Below are positions 1-11,628 of a DNA stretch of 20,000 bases, piece by piece. This stretch comes from Trichinella spiralis (Eukaryota). The stretch lies in assembly GCF_000181795.1 (NCBI RefSeq), contig NW_003526945.1:5295799-5315798 (forward strand), in the 5' to 3' direction. Each line of letters starts with the position of its first letter. Within the stretch, counting starts at the first letter, position 1. The notes beneath the pieces were generated by a model. That model was not told the DNA's origin, ran no database searches, and was given only the letters and a program-made list of their open reading frames with translations. The position numbers were made by a program, and so were the translations under genes.

Positions 1-2532
1 GTTTTCAACGTCCAATTTGTCAGAAAAAGTTCAAAAATATCCCACCCGAACACGAGTAAGCCACATTTAACAATAATAAAAACAACAACAAACAGTAGTA
101 TTTTCACATATTTAATAAATTTATTTATCATTTTGATCAATTTGTTTATTTGTCATAATTATTTAAATGTTTGTAAAACAGTAAAACTTGTCGTGGATAT
201 TGCTTTTGTGGAATATAAAATGGAAAGTAGGAGTTAAAAAGTTTTTGCTTTTTTTTTTAATTCAAACTGCTTTATATATTTTATTTTGCTTTTAAATAAA
301 GTTGTTAATGCAATATTTGTTTAGATATGATCAATATTTCAAAGGAAAAAAAAATAATGCATTTTTGCAGATGATGATGGTTGAATTGAGTACAGTAATA
401 GGAATTTAAATTTGCAACCGTTAGTGAATTGTTTGTACATTTTTGTCATTCATTTGAAAGTGATAAAACTTATGGTGAACTTTTTCTTTTTATTCTCGTA
501 ATCAATAAAATTGAAATGAATTTTATTTTTAATTTATGAAACGTTATTTTTTCTCTGAGAAAATATTTGCAAAATTCAATTGTATTATAATAATCTAATT
601 TGTTTATTATCTTTTTTTTTTCCCGCTAACCACTGAACACTAAAAGTGTCGATTGATATCGTGATATTATATATAATAGAATGCAGTTTTTGACATTTAT
701 TTTGTTCACATCACAAGGTGCAAAAAAATTGGATTTTAATTTGAAAAACAAAAATGAATTTTATTGAATTTCAAAATCACTGCTTCTTGGAAGCTATTAA
801 TCCAACGCCGCAGGATAATTTTCCTATTTTTTTCTCTATGCGAGATCAAAATGCACCGCGCGATCATTTGCACTTCTGCATCAAGAAGAATCTGGAAGTT
901 AATTTGTTTACGTTTGTAGTTTCTGCACAAAAATCAATATATCAAAAAGTACGCTGCCAAATCAGTAAAGAATCTTATTATGATTGAACGTTTTTATTAT
1001 TATTTTTCAAAAATTTCAATCATAAATACATTTTGCGATTAATAATATTTCACACTGCAACTGGCCAAATAAAAATTGAAAATTTGTTTCAGTTGATATG
1101 CAGAAACGGAGGAGGAGAATGTAGAGGTTGAAAAAAAAATTGATAGCTTTTGAAATGAATTTGCAATCCGTCGTAACATTTAAAATATTTTTTTATTCAT
1201 AATTATTTTATTTATTTATTTATTAAAGAAAAGAATAATATTCATTTATATTTTGCGTCACTGTTCCGTGTGAAGTCAGTTGAAAAATCAATCACAAACG
1301 CATTACAGAAAAAAAATCTATCGAAAGTTAAGTTCCAAAAACATAAAATTTAATTAATAGCATTTTTTAAATAAAATTTAAAATCCTGAACAAAAAAAAA
1401 TAACTGAAGAGCTTTGTTAAAGTGATTTTTCACCAACTTTCTAATTTATTCTGCACGTCATAAAATTAATCACATTTATTTATAATCGAATAGCAAAAAT
1501 TAAACAAAACATTAAGTTGGTCCGAAAATGACTGCTGACAATAATTTTTAAAATTTTAATACGTAATGCTGTTTGTCATAAATGACACGCTGATATATTG
1601 ACAGTTTGAAATAACAAATTTTCATTAATTACCATGTGTATTTTAATTTTACAAAAAATTAATCATCAGCAAAAACTGAAAAAAAAACAATTTTCAAATC
1701 AACCAATCATTGATTTCAATTTTCAAGTGACCTAATTTTGGTGAACTATTTTAGTTGAAAATCAAGTTGTACATGTTATGCAGGTGTAATTTCAAATATA
1801 TTGAAGAGTGAGACAAAGTAAAAAGCACTTTTCAATAATGAAAATTATAAAAGCTGAATAAGTTCGCTCCATATTGAAACTTTGAAACCATCAATTTCTT
1901 CACTTCACACTCAACATTTGTATTCAATTGTAAATTGAACAAGTTGATTTGTTTTGTTTATTGAATACAAATATCATATATACGTAAATGTATGCGAATT
2001 TTATCGTTTGCATAATGTAATTATTTGTAAACTTTTATCAAACGAACAAACTTAATTTAGAAGCTCATGACAAGATTCTACGAAATGTTTACACTTAATT
2101 GAGATGTATATTTCGAATAGAATTCCATTTCCAAGGTTACTTTAATGTGTATGATACGTCAGAAGAAATAGAAGAATCATTTATCAATAAAAATTCTCCT
2201 TTTTACAAAGGCGAAAAGCGAGTCAGAATTATTGAACATTTTCATTAAATCAAAATAAATTATATTTACCGCTTTTTAATTGATTGATTTATAATACTCA
2301 TTGAAATATTCAGTGTCCATTTCAAATGACAATGTTGTTCAATGATACGATTCAAAGCGTCTCTATGATATATTAAGAGCTCAAAATTCAATTTATTGTC
2401 ACTGTTGTTGCGGAAAATGCAATTACAAAGCGAATACTATTTTATCATAAAATTAACGGAAAATAATTAAATTTTAGAAATTAATTTCCGTACTTTTAAA
2501 TTAGAAACTTATCCTTCTATCAACTTCTATTA

Positions 2533-2578
2533 TTTTACGCAAAGAACAGTTGCATTTTTTTTACGCAAAGAACAGTTG
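2533..2578. repeat. 20-nt direct repeat TTTTACGCAAAGAACAGTTG x2 (period 26)
   Basis: Identical copies at 2533-2552 and 2559-2578. Confidence 0.9.
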
Positions 2579-3397
2579 GTTAAGCCTCCCAATTTAATTC
2601 CTAATCAGTTCAGTTATGGGATGGAAAACTAATGAAAAACATCTAATGAAACTGAATAATTAACATTAAAAATATAATTGTGTAGGGCGATGAATAACCA
2701 AACACAGTAAACAACAGGTTCTAGTAGTGAAAAAGTCAAGCAGAAATTCCTGGGGAGTATGCTGTGTGATTTTGCTGGAATGAAAAAGGAAATTATCAAA
2801 ACCCAACATGTCGTTTCGATTATATAAAAGTGATAGCATGTTGATAAAACGATTTGGGCGTGGTTTTTACCACCATATAGATATATATGTATCACAAACC
2901 CCCAATATAAAAAAGGGTTGTGATCAAAACAGTATATCTATTTCAGTATACATCACTTTTTGAATGTATTGTGGACTAAGTCCAATACATTCATGTATAC
3001 ATTACAAATTCAAGTTTTGGCATATGAAATTTACAGATTTCATATTTGCATTGCGATGTAAAACCATCGCAGAAATAACTTTAGGGATCTTTCTCCGAAA
3101 GCTAGTTCCATTGGAATGCAGAGCTAACAACTTATATGTATTGTGATGTGAAGCCAATAGTTTTACATCACATAACCTCCAATTAAAATTTAATCAGATA
3201 CTGTAATAACTTACACTCTATTTTTGCAGAATGCACTTTTTATAGAATACGTTTATTGATAAGAGCTCATAAGATAAGAGGAAGAAGTTTAATGAATGGT
3301 TACAATATTCATATCAAATTTTAGCAAACGTGTAAATAGCAGGTGTTTGAGAACTCGTCATGCTCCGTCGTCAGGTTCTTCATCAGAAGTGACCAGT

Positions 3398-4775
3398 ATG
3401 TTAAATATCGGATCAGAAAATGAGAAAATGCAACATTATCGTAGAAGAGCTGCCAAAGTATACCAAAACAGTGGTTCCAGTCAGTTGCGATGCCAAAATT
3501 TAGTTTCTAACAGAAACCACAATGGTGCTTCAAATGCAACAACGTCAACAAACAAACACAAAACTGCTGCACAAAACTGCAGTGAGTACAGTTCGTGATT
3601 GTTTTTGTTTTGTCTTGAAATTTGAATAATTTACATCGCAGAAAATTCGAAAGTTTCATCAAAAATCGATTTTCGAACGAAACAATCACCATTGAACCGA
3701 TCGACATCCGTCGTGGATAACTGCAGCAGCAACGATGGCCGATCACGTACCGCCACTATGGGAAGTACAACGTCAAGAAATTTGACAGTAAGCCGACCAG
3801 CGAATCGAATCCCAAATTCATCCAAAAATCACCTACGTCCCAATGGTCACAACGACTGCGCAATTTTCAAAAGTCAATCTTTGACATCACTTACTGGGCA
3901 ACGTAATTTACCACAGGTGAGATGATGGCCAAAGAAAAAAAATCGAACGAAATATTTCTGCCGTTTTTTTTAAACTTTATTATCATTTTTTTGCAGACAG
4001 TACCGTCGACGTCGATAGTTGAACTGGAATCTGCGAAGCAAATTTCCCAATCGGAACAACATCTTGCCATTGATAATTCAACTGTTGACGATGAACATCT
4101 AAAGCCGGACAAGTCAAAATTATCATTATTGACAAACCACGCTGAAGTAGATGAGGTTATTATCATGACGATGAATAATTTTAATCGAAAAATGAATTGA
4201 ATCCATATCAATAATTGCGATTTTTATTGTTTTTTATTTTCAGTTTAAACGCGACCCTACAACGTCGAAAAATGTTGAAGAACCAGTCGTGGAAATTTTC
4301 AAACAATTCAACGTGGAAGATAGGACGAATGAAGAAATTGTCGACAAAAATTCACGAAGCGACGAAGATAACACCAGCGTTTCGGTCAGCGCGACGACCA
4401 AATCCAATTCTATTGCCACATCCGACTCGCAGGACAAATCAACAGTCGCGACGAATGATACCAAAATAGGTATGCATTGTTTGGTCTGTTTCTTTTCATA
4501 GCAGCACATTTTATGCAAATTTCACACGCAGAAGTCGACTCGTACCTTATACCGTGGCTTTTGGACAACGTTTCCATGGTTGTCAAATATCGCCTGAATA
4601 CAATATTGCTCAGAGATGGTAGGACAAGAGAAAAATTTTATTTTTTTTTGTTTTTTTACTTCTATTTCAAACAATCGATTCGTTCAATTCAGCCATTTGT
4701 GGAACGACGTCGTTTGTCAAAGATTCTGGCGGTGAAAATTTCGAAATCAACGACTGCACTGACAAAATTCCCTAA
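3398..4775 (+). CDS. Hypothetical Ser/Thr/Asn-rich, probably disordered protein (~337 aa from ATG 3398; 5' end uncertain)
   Basis: Exons 3398-3581, 3642-3916, 3997-4155, 4244-4469, 4532-4618 and 4693-4775 join through GT..AG introns with consistent phase into one frame ending KIP-TAA. No family recognised. The frame is open upstream to 3296 and there is an acceptor at 3342, so more 5' exons are possible. Confidence 0.65.
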
Positions 4776-5354
4776 TTTTTCAAAAAGAAATTCAAATGGA
4801 TGCCTAAAAATGACTAATTTGCTGCCTTAAGGGAAAAATAAATTTCACAAAAAAATGTTGGGCAGAGTTGGCAAAAAATTCATTTCACGTTCCAACTTCA
4901 CTACATTCGATTTTTATCAATCGAATTTTATTTCTGTTTTATTTTTTAAATAAATAATAACAACAAGAACAAAAAGGAACTGTTGTTCTATTGCAATTGA
5001 ATCGTTGGAAAAAATTATCAATCAACTACTTTCCAGTCGAACAATTTTATTATTAAATTTTGTTGATTCTTTTTTTATTTTTTTTTCTTGGAAAAATTTT
5101 AAAATATTACTTTGAACATTTTCCATAAATTGAAATGATGTAATAATTGCAGATGTGAATTTTCATTCCCATACATACAGTATGACATTTCTAGATGAAC
5201 GAATTTGATCAATTTTGAAAAAGATTACTTGATTACTTTTAATAATTACTGTTGTATGTGGAGCGTCGTAGCGAAACAACCAACGAGTGTGCATATGCAA
5301 AACTGTATCAGGTGCAATTAATCATTCGTAACGTTAATTGTTGATTATTTCAGA

Positions 5355-6718
5355 ATGAGCTTGGTGCAGGAAATGGCCAATTTATCGACAACTGATTTCG
5401 GTAAAAATTTTTCGACGATCCTTGTTTTCCGTTTCGATTATTGTTTATTGTTGAAGATTTGAACAATATCACATACGGCCGTGAAGTTTTGTTCAACTTG
5501 GGATACTACATGAAAAATATTGCCGAAGAGGCGGAACGTATTAACACCGAAGAGAAGGTTCTTCATTTGTTCAATAGTGGATTTTTTTTTGTCGATTTGG
5601 TTTTTTTCTTTTTTTGCAGATTGATATCATCAAGAAGTTGATCAGCTTTACAGATTTGACATCGTTGAATGCAACTGATTCGTTTGAAACTGTTAAAAAG
5701 CTGATCGACAGAGCTACTCAACCGCTCGCTTTGTCTCTTTTAAACGATAGTGACATTTGCTGTGCGGCCGTTTGCATTTATCCCTACTTCGTTAAAAATG
5801 CGGTTGCTTTTCGAAATTTCGCCTGTGCACTCGGAAGATCGTTCGTTTCGATTGTTACCGGTAAATAGCAGGTGGTAGTTTTGTCATTCTTGTAGGCAAG
5901 AAATGGTTCATTTCAGTTGCCGGTGCATTTCCATCCGGTATGTACAAGTTGATCACCAAAGTACACGAATGTCGAGAAGCGAAAGAAGACGGTGCAGATG
6001 AAATCGACGTTGTCATCAATCGTAGTCTGGTGGCAACGCGCAAATGGCGAGGTGAAATTTAATTTGAAATAAATTAATTAATTAAAAAAAATCATTTATT
6101 ATTGCATATTTAGAATTGTACAACGAGTTGGTAGCGATGAAAAAAGAGATCGAATCGCCGATTTTGATGAAAACCATCTTGTCGACCGGGGATATCGCAT
6201 CTCCTCTGGACATTTATGCGGCAGCTACGGTGGCAATGATGGCCGGCATGTTTTCGCTTTCTTTTTTTTTTCTTTTTTTCAAATTCCATTTATAAATAAA
6301 TCTTGGTGCTTTTTCTTTTTTACAGGAAGTTCATTCATCAAATCTTCCACTGGCAAAGAGAAGCTCAATTCCACAGTACCAGGGAGTTTAGTGATTTGTT
6401 TGGCAATTCGGACGTTCTTTTTGCGTTACAAGCGTCAAGTGATTATATTTATTTATTTGATTAAAAATAAAAACTCAATTAAAATTTAAATATTTAATCA
6501 ATATGTTGATACAGGTTGGATTCAAAGCGGCTGGTGGTATTAAAACTGCCCAGGAAGCAATTGTATATTACGTGCTTGTCAAGCAGATTCTTGGAGAGCG
6601 ATGGCTGTCGAGAGAGTATTTTCGCATTGGCGCGTCGGAATTGTTGGACGATTTGGTGAGAACGTTGGAAAAGCTGCAATTTGGGAAGGAATCGTCGTCG
6701 GTTGAAGAAACTTCATGA
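5355..6718 (+). CDS. DERA: Deoxyribose-phosphate aldolase (~323 aa, 7 exons)
   Basis: Exons 5355-5400, 5457-5557, 5620-5860, 5917-6051, 6114-6245, 6326-6438 and 6515-6718. DeoC motifs present: DLTSL, AAVCIYP, VAGAFPSG, GADEIDVVI, FIKSSTGKE (Schiff-base Lys), GFKAAGGI, FRIGAS. AATAAA at 6846. Confidence 0.96.
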
Positions 6719-7936
6719 AAAAAAAATCCGATTTTTATTATGTGATTTTATAAATTATTGGTAATGGATTGAAAATTATTGATTCGACGGTGATCTTTAG
6801 TCGTGACCACGTTTTATACTGCTACTAGTGAACTGCTGAATTGCCAATAAAATTAATTATGTGTGAGAAATTAATTATTGGTTCGAAAAAATTTCAAAAA
6901 GTATCTTCTCATCTGAAGAATCGTTTGTGAAAACTTGTTTGTAAATTTAACGAAATGTTTTACTTGTGTTCAGTTTTTATTTTTCAAAAAAAACGAATGT
7001 AAATTTTATTTTGATGAACGTAAATAATTTTTTTCTCGTATTTTTATTTTTCAAGCGTTATTTTGATTTTATTTTGTAAAATATTCCACTTTTGTTTCAT
7101 CAATGTTTGAAGTTTTCATTTCAGTATCTTCACGATGCAAGAGAAATGCAACATCACCGACCTACTTTTTCGAACGTTTAAATTCGTTTGGTTTTTGAAA
7201 AATTTGAAAATATGCAACAACAACAACAATCAAAAATTAAACTTACAGTATTATTAAATCAACGTTGTTGTTGTTGTTTTTTTATGTTTGATTAATTATT
7301 TATTAGCATGCTTGATTTTTAATTGAATGGCCAGTTTTCGAACAACAGCAACAAGAATGTGTACGCGTATGCGTGTGTGTGTGTGACGCGGTCCCCCCGT
7401 TCTGACGTAATGGTGATAATTTGAATGTTGATTTTGATGATCGGACAATTTTTCCAATCTTGATCAAGGTGATCAAGCGCGTCAGAAAAAACCAGTCGTC
7501 AAATTTGCATAATGAACATTTTTTTTCATTTTTTCGCATAACTTTGCTGTTGTATAATTTTTTGGTGGAAAAAAAATTTCCATCCGGTTGATTGGCTTGC
7601 ATTGGGCTAATTTTCCCTACGATTCTTCACCGGTTTTGAAACTGTTTAACGGTAAATATTGATGAAAACGTCTTACCTTATCAACCGTTGGCGTCCGTTA
7701 TTTCAACAGTAAGTAGTAAATGATGATCGATTTACAATGAAAATTCGCTTGTTCAAACGGGATCCAATCAATCGATTGTTGTTTACTTTACAATTAAAAT
7801 TCTAATAAATTGCTTGTACGTTTTCTTAATTTTATTTAATAAATTATCCATTTCGGGGATGTTTCTGCTATTTTTTACAGTTGGGCATGTCATTCATACG
7901 CGTGAACGCGTTCTCAAAGTTGTTATTGTTAATCGT

Positions 7937-7968
7937 GTTTGTTTGTTTGTTTGTTTGTTTGTTTGTTT
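7937..7968. repeat. (GTTT)8 microsatellite
   Basis: Eight perfect GTTT units. Confidence 0.95.
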
Positions 7969-8872
7969 ACTTGCTTATTATTTGAAATATCTTTCAGTGA
8001 TCAGCACTGTCGAAATTTGCAAAAGGTTGCGATCGTCATTATTCAAATTTTTTGCAAATCAGGTAACTCCAACTTTTTTAAAAAATGTTTTTGTACTTTT
8101 TGTCAAAACTTTTTACAAATTTGAAATTGTTGGCCGACATTTTTTTTCTTAATAATTTTATTTTTCCAATTTTTTATTTATTATTCAACAAGATATTAAT
8201 TGCATTTTTGTTCGCTCATTTCTCGTTGATTGTTCTGCCAACTTTGCCAATTTCGTTTAGACAACACCATTTTTTTTTAATTTCATTTTTTCGTCTGGTT
8301 GAATTTTATTTCATCCCATTTATTATTATACATTTTACAAAATATTCATTCCAAAAAACTTAATTAGTTCAATAATTACAATGTTTGATAGTTTTGTAAA
8401 CCAACTGTAAACATCAATTTTCATTCATCTTCATTGTTACAGTAGCAGATTGTTTTATCCCTTTTTTTATTTCTGTTGAATAAACATTTTCGTTTTTTCA
8501 TCCAATGAATTATATTGATATTTGATAGTTTTATTTAAATAAAACGAAAAAAATATTAAACAAACATTTGTTTACAGTTTATTTTTTACGTGTGATTGCA
8601 CTGAATGTAAAAGTACTGTAGAAGTTAATTTTGCGGTTGTAGTGAAATAATCAATCGAAACTGTGTAATAATTTAAAAATTTTTACAATCAAACTTAATT
8701 TTTTTCAACTTTAACAATACCTGAACCGAAGCATTTATTTCACGTGACAAAAATTACACGCACACGTGCATAATTTATTCTACACATGGTGATGATGAGG
8801 CATATACATATATATAGATGTATACATTGTAGGATAAATTTTGCGCTTGAAGATCCACATTTGAAAAAAAAA

Positions 8873-10321
8873 ATGAAGAAACAGCAGCAAAGTTGTTCAA
8901 ATGAAAGTGTGGGAAATTTTAATTGTTTTTTGGATCCAAATTATAAAGACACCAACGAAGTTATAAAATACTATTCGGCAATGGCAACAAATTACGATAC
9001 TGTAAATTGTTTTTCTCATATCTTTGCACTGCAAATTGTAATTATTACGATCATTCATTCATTCATACGACATTACGTGAAATATTTTCAACGATCAACT
9101 TTGATTTTCATGTCTTAATTATGGAAATATACACTGAAGAGAAAAAAAAACAAATTAAAAATTAAACTAACAACGATTATTGATAATATATATGAAAAAT
9201 TGTGACATAACTCGATTGGTTTTATATTTGTACAGAAATGATATTTTTTTTTAATTTTTAATTTAGATTATCGATAATGGATATTACAGAGGTCCAAAAA
9301 TTGTAGCCAGTTCTGTGAATGATATAATTGAAGATAAAAATGCTCTACTGATTGATATTTGCGGAGGAACCGGCTCCACAGCTTTGGAAGTAAATAATTT
9401 TTATACGAAATGAATTTGTAATCTGACATTGCGACTCGAATTTATTGAAATTTTCTGTTTTTTTTTAATTAATGAAATCAACTATATCGAAACTTTTTCT
9501 TCTTTAATAATTATTTCTATTTTTTAAAATGACAATTATTTTACTCGACATCGTCAATCAGTAGTATTTTCTAAAACTGGTAATTGTTATTATATTCATT
9601 TGAATTTTATTTTTCATTCAATTCATGTATATTATTCGATAGTGAACAAGCAAATCAATGAAAAAAAAAAGAAGAAAGATGTATTTTTTTTCTCCTGTAC
9701 CTAATGGGGTTATTTTTGTCGGTTTTAATTAATTTTGCATTTTCAGTTGCGAAAATACGGATTTCAGAACATTGATTGCATCGACGCTTGCGAAAGTATG
9801 CTTGAAATTGCAAAGCAAAAAAGTGCATACTCGAATTGCATCTGCGAACTGTTGCTTCCGGGAAAACAGTCTACTTTGAATGCCGGTAACTTTCGTTTTG
9901 CAGCATCATTTTGCACTGACTATTATTATTATTTTTTTTTATTGAAGAAAAATACGACTGTGTTTTTTGTGTTGGCTCGTTTGCTCCTGGACATTTGCAA
10001 CCTGAAGTGGTGGATGAATTTATTCGCATCCTGAAAAATGGTGAGCATCAACGTTAAACCATTGGAAAATTATGCCATTTTTTGTTGTTTTGTTTTGTTT
10101 TTTAATAAGCATATTCTTTTTTGCATAATTGTTTTCATTTTGCAGAAGGATATTGTGTGATCGGGATGAGAGAGGAATGGCTTTACGCTGCCGACGATTA
10201 CAGAGACAAATTGGAACCGTATATGTTTAAATTGAAAAAATGGCGCTTGATCAAGCGAGAAAAGTTTGAAAATTGGTTCGAAAATCATTCAGGCATTGTC
10301 TATATTTTCAAAAAATGCTAA
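8873..10321 (+). CDS. Class I SAM-dependent methyltransferase, METTL27/WBSCR27-like (~219 aa; alternative in-frame ATG at 8786)
   Basis: Exons 8873-9001, 9267-9389, 9747-9885, 9948-10040 and 10146-10321. Motifs: YYSAMATNYD, YRGP, motif I LLIDICGGTG, IDACESMLEIAKQK, YDCVFCVGSFAPGH, EFIRILKNEGY. AATAAA at 10498. Subfamily assigned from remembered motifs. Confidence 0.88.
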
Positions 10322-11628
10322 TTTTACCTTTTTATTTTTAATCATAAATGTTTTAATTCTTCTTTCCCTTTTCCAATTATGATGGAAATGATGATTCTAT
10401 TCGAATGCTAATTTGGCGTTTTTATACATTTTTGAAATTACTGTAATGTTCTACTTCAATCTCTTACGTTACCATGATTATTAGTATTTTCGTTTGAAAT
10501 AAAAAAAATTGTATTTTAAATCTCATTTTTCATTTTATTGATTTCAAATTAATTTTATGATATCAAAATTCAACAAGCGTTTGTATAGTTGCCCCGTTCC
10601 GTACAACAAGCACCGCGAAAGCAGAAAATACTTTTCCATTTGTCAGCATTGGAGTGATTCACAGAAAATTCGATCGCCGTAACTGATATTTCCTGCGTTG
10701 ACGACGATGACAAATAGCATGATCAATGTCATCGTGATTCACTGATCAAACATATCACTCATTTCCTAATGCGCATATTAAATGGATGACACATCGAAAT
10801 CCGTACAAACATACCGGCAACATGACAACACTTTGAAATGATTCAACAAAAAACAGCAAATCTTTCACAACCGTTTTTCCCCTCCTATTTGACGTTTATT
10901 CAAATTACTCTTCCAATAAATAATAATTCGATCATACACACCAAAATGCTTCACATAAATATTTTCATATTTATCGTTCACATCAGATATTTTTTCAGTA
11001 TGTTTAATTAATATTTTTCAAAAAACTGAAGCTTTATTCAAATGAATTTCCCATAAGCGCACTGTCATTTTCAATAATAGCACATTACCAGTTTACAGAC
11101 ACTACTAAATACTAGTCCTGTAATTTTGATTCTAAAAAGCACTGAATATCCGGCATTTATCTGACATTACCAAAATTAACCAAAGCAGGTCACCACATGT
11201 TTTACACAATGACTATGTTTATTATGGTGAATCGGCCAAAGTTCAGTGTCATCACTGGGGCGAACGATACTATTTTATTTCTGTTTTAAGATATACACCC
11301 ACTTTGTAAAGTTTGACGTTTCAAAAGTAAAACATTCATTGAAAGTTGTGTTATCAATTTTTACAGCACATTTCCAACAGATTTTGAAATTTGCACCACG
11401 TGCGCAACCATCTGATTTGAAAATGACATGTTAACAGAACACTGATTAAAGTGCTACATAATTGCATTTACTCAAAATAGCAATGACTGGAAAATCAAAT
11501 GATTAAGAATGTGAAAAACGTCCCTATCCATAACAATAACTTCCCAAAGTAAATTTTTCAACAAACACATTTTCCATCTAATTTATTTATTTTTATCCCA
11601 TTCACCAAAAAAGCAAAGAGAAAAAACA

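Noticed and set aside
736..987. Overlapping ORFs 754-987 (+) and 736-930 (-)
   Set aside because: No recognisable motifs and no convincing splice partners.
2533..2578. Direct repeats here and at 18714-18755 as CRISPR-like arrays
   Set aside because: Only two copies with 6-nt gaps in eukaryotic DNA; simple local duplications.
7303..7602. 99-aa minus-strand ORF with HTHTH and CCCC, suggestive of metal binding
   Set aside because: These motifs are translations of (CA)n and (TGT)n simple repeats.
11180..11260. Minus-strand C-box GTGATGA as a possible C/D snoRNA
   Set aside because: The only CTGA follows almost immediately; there is no D box at a suitable distance and no terminal stem.
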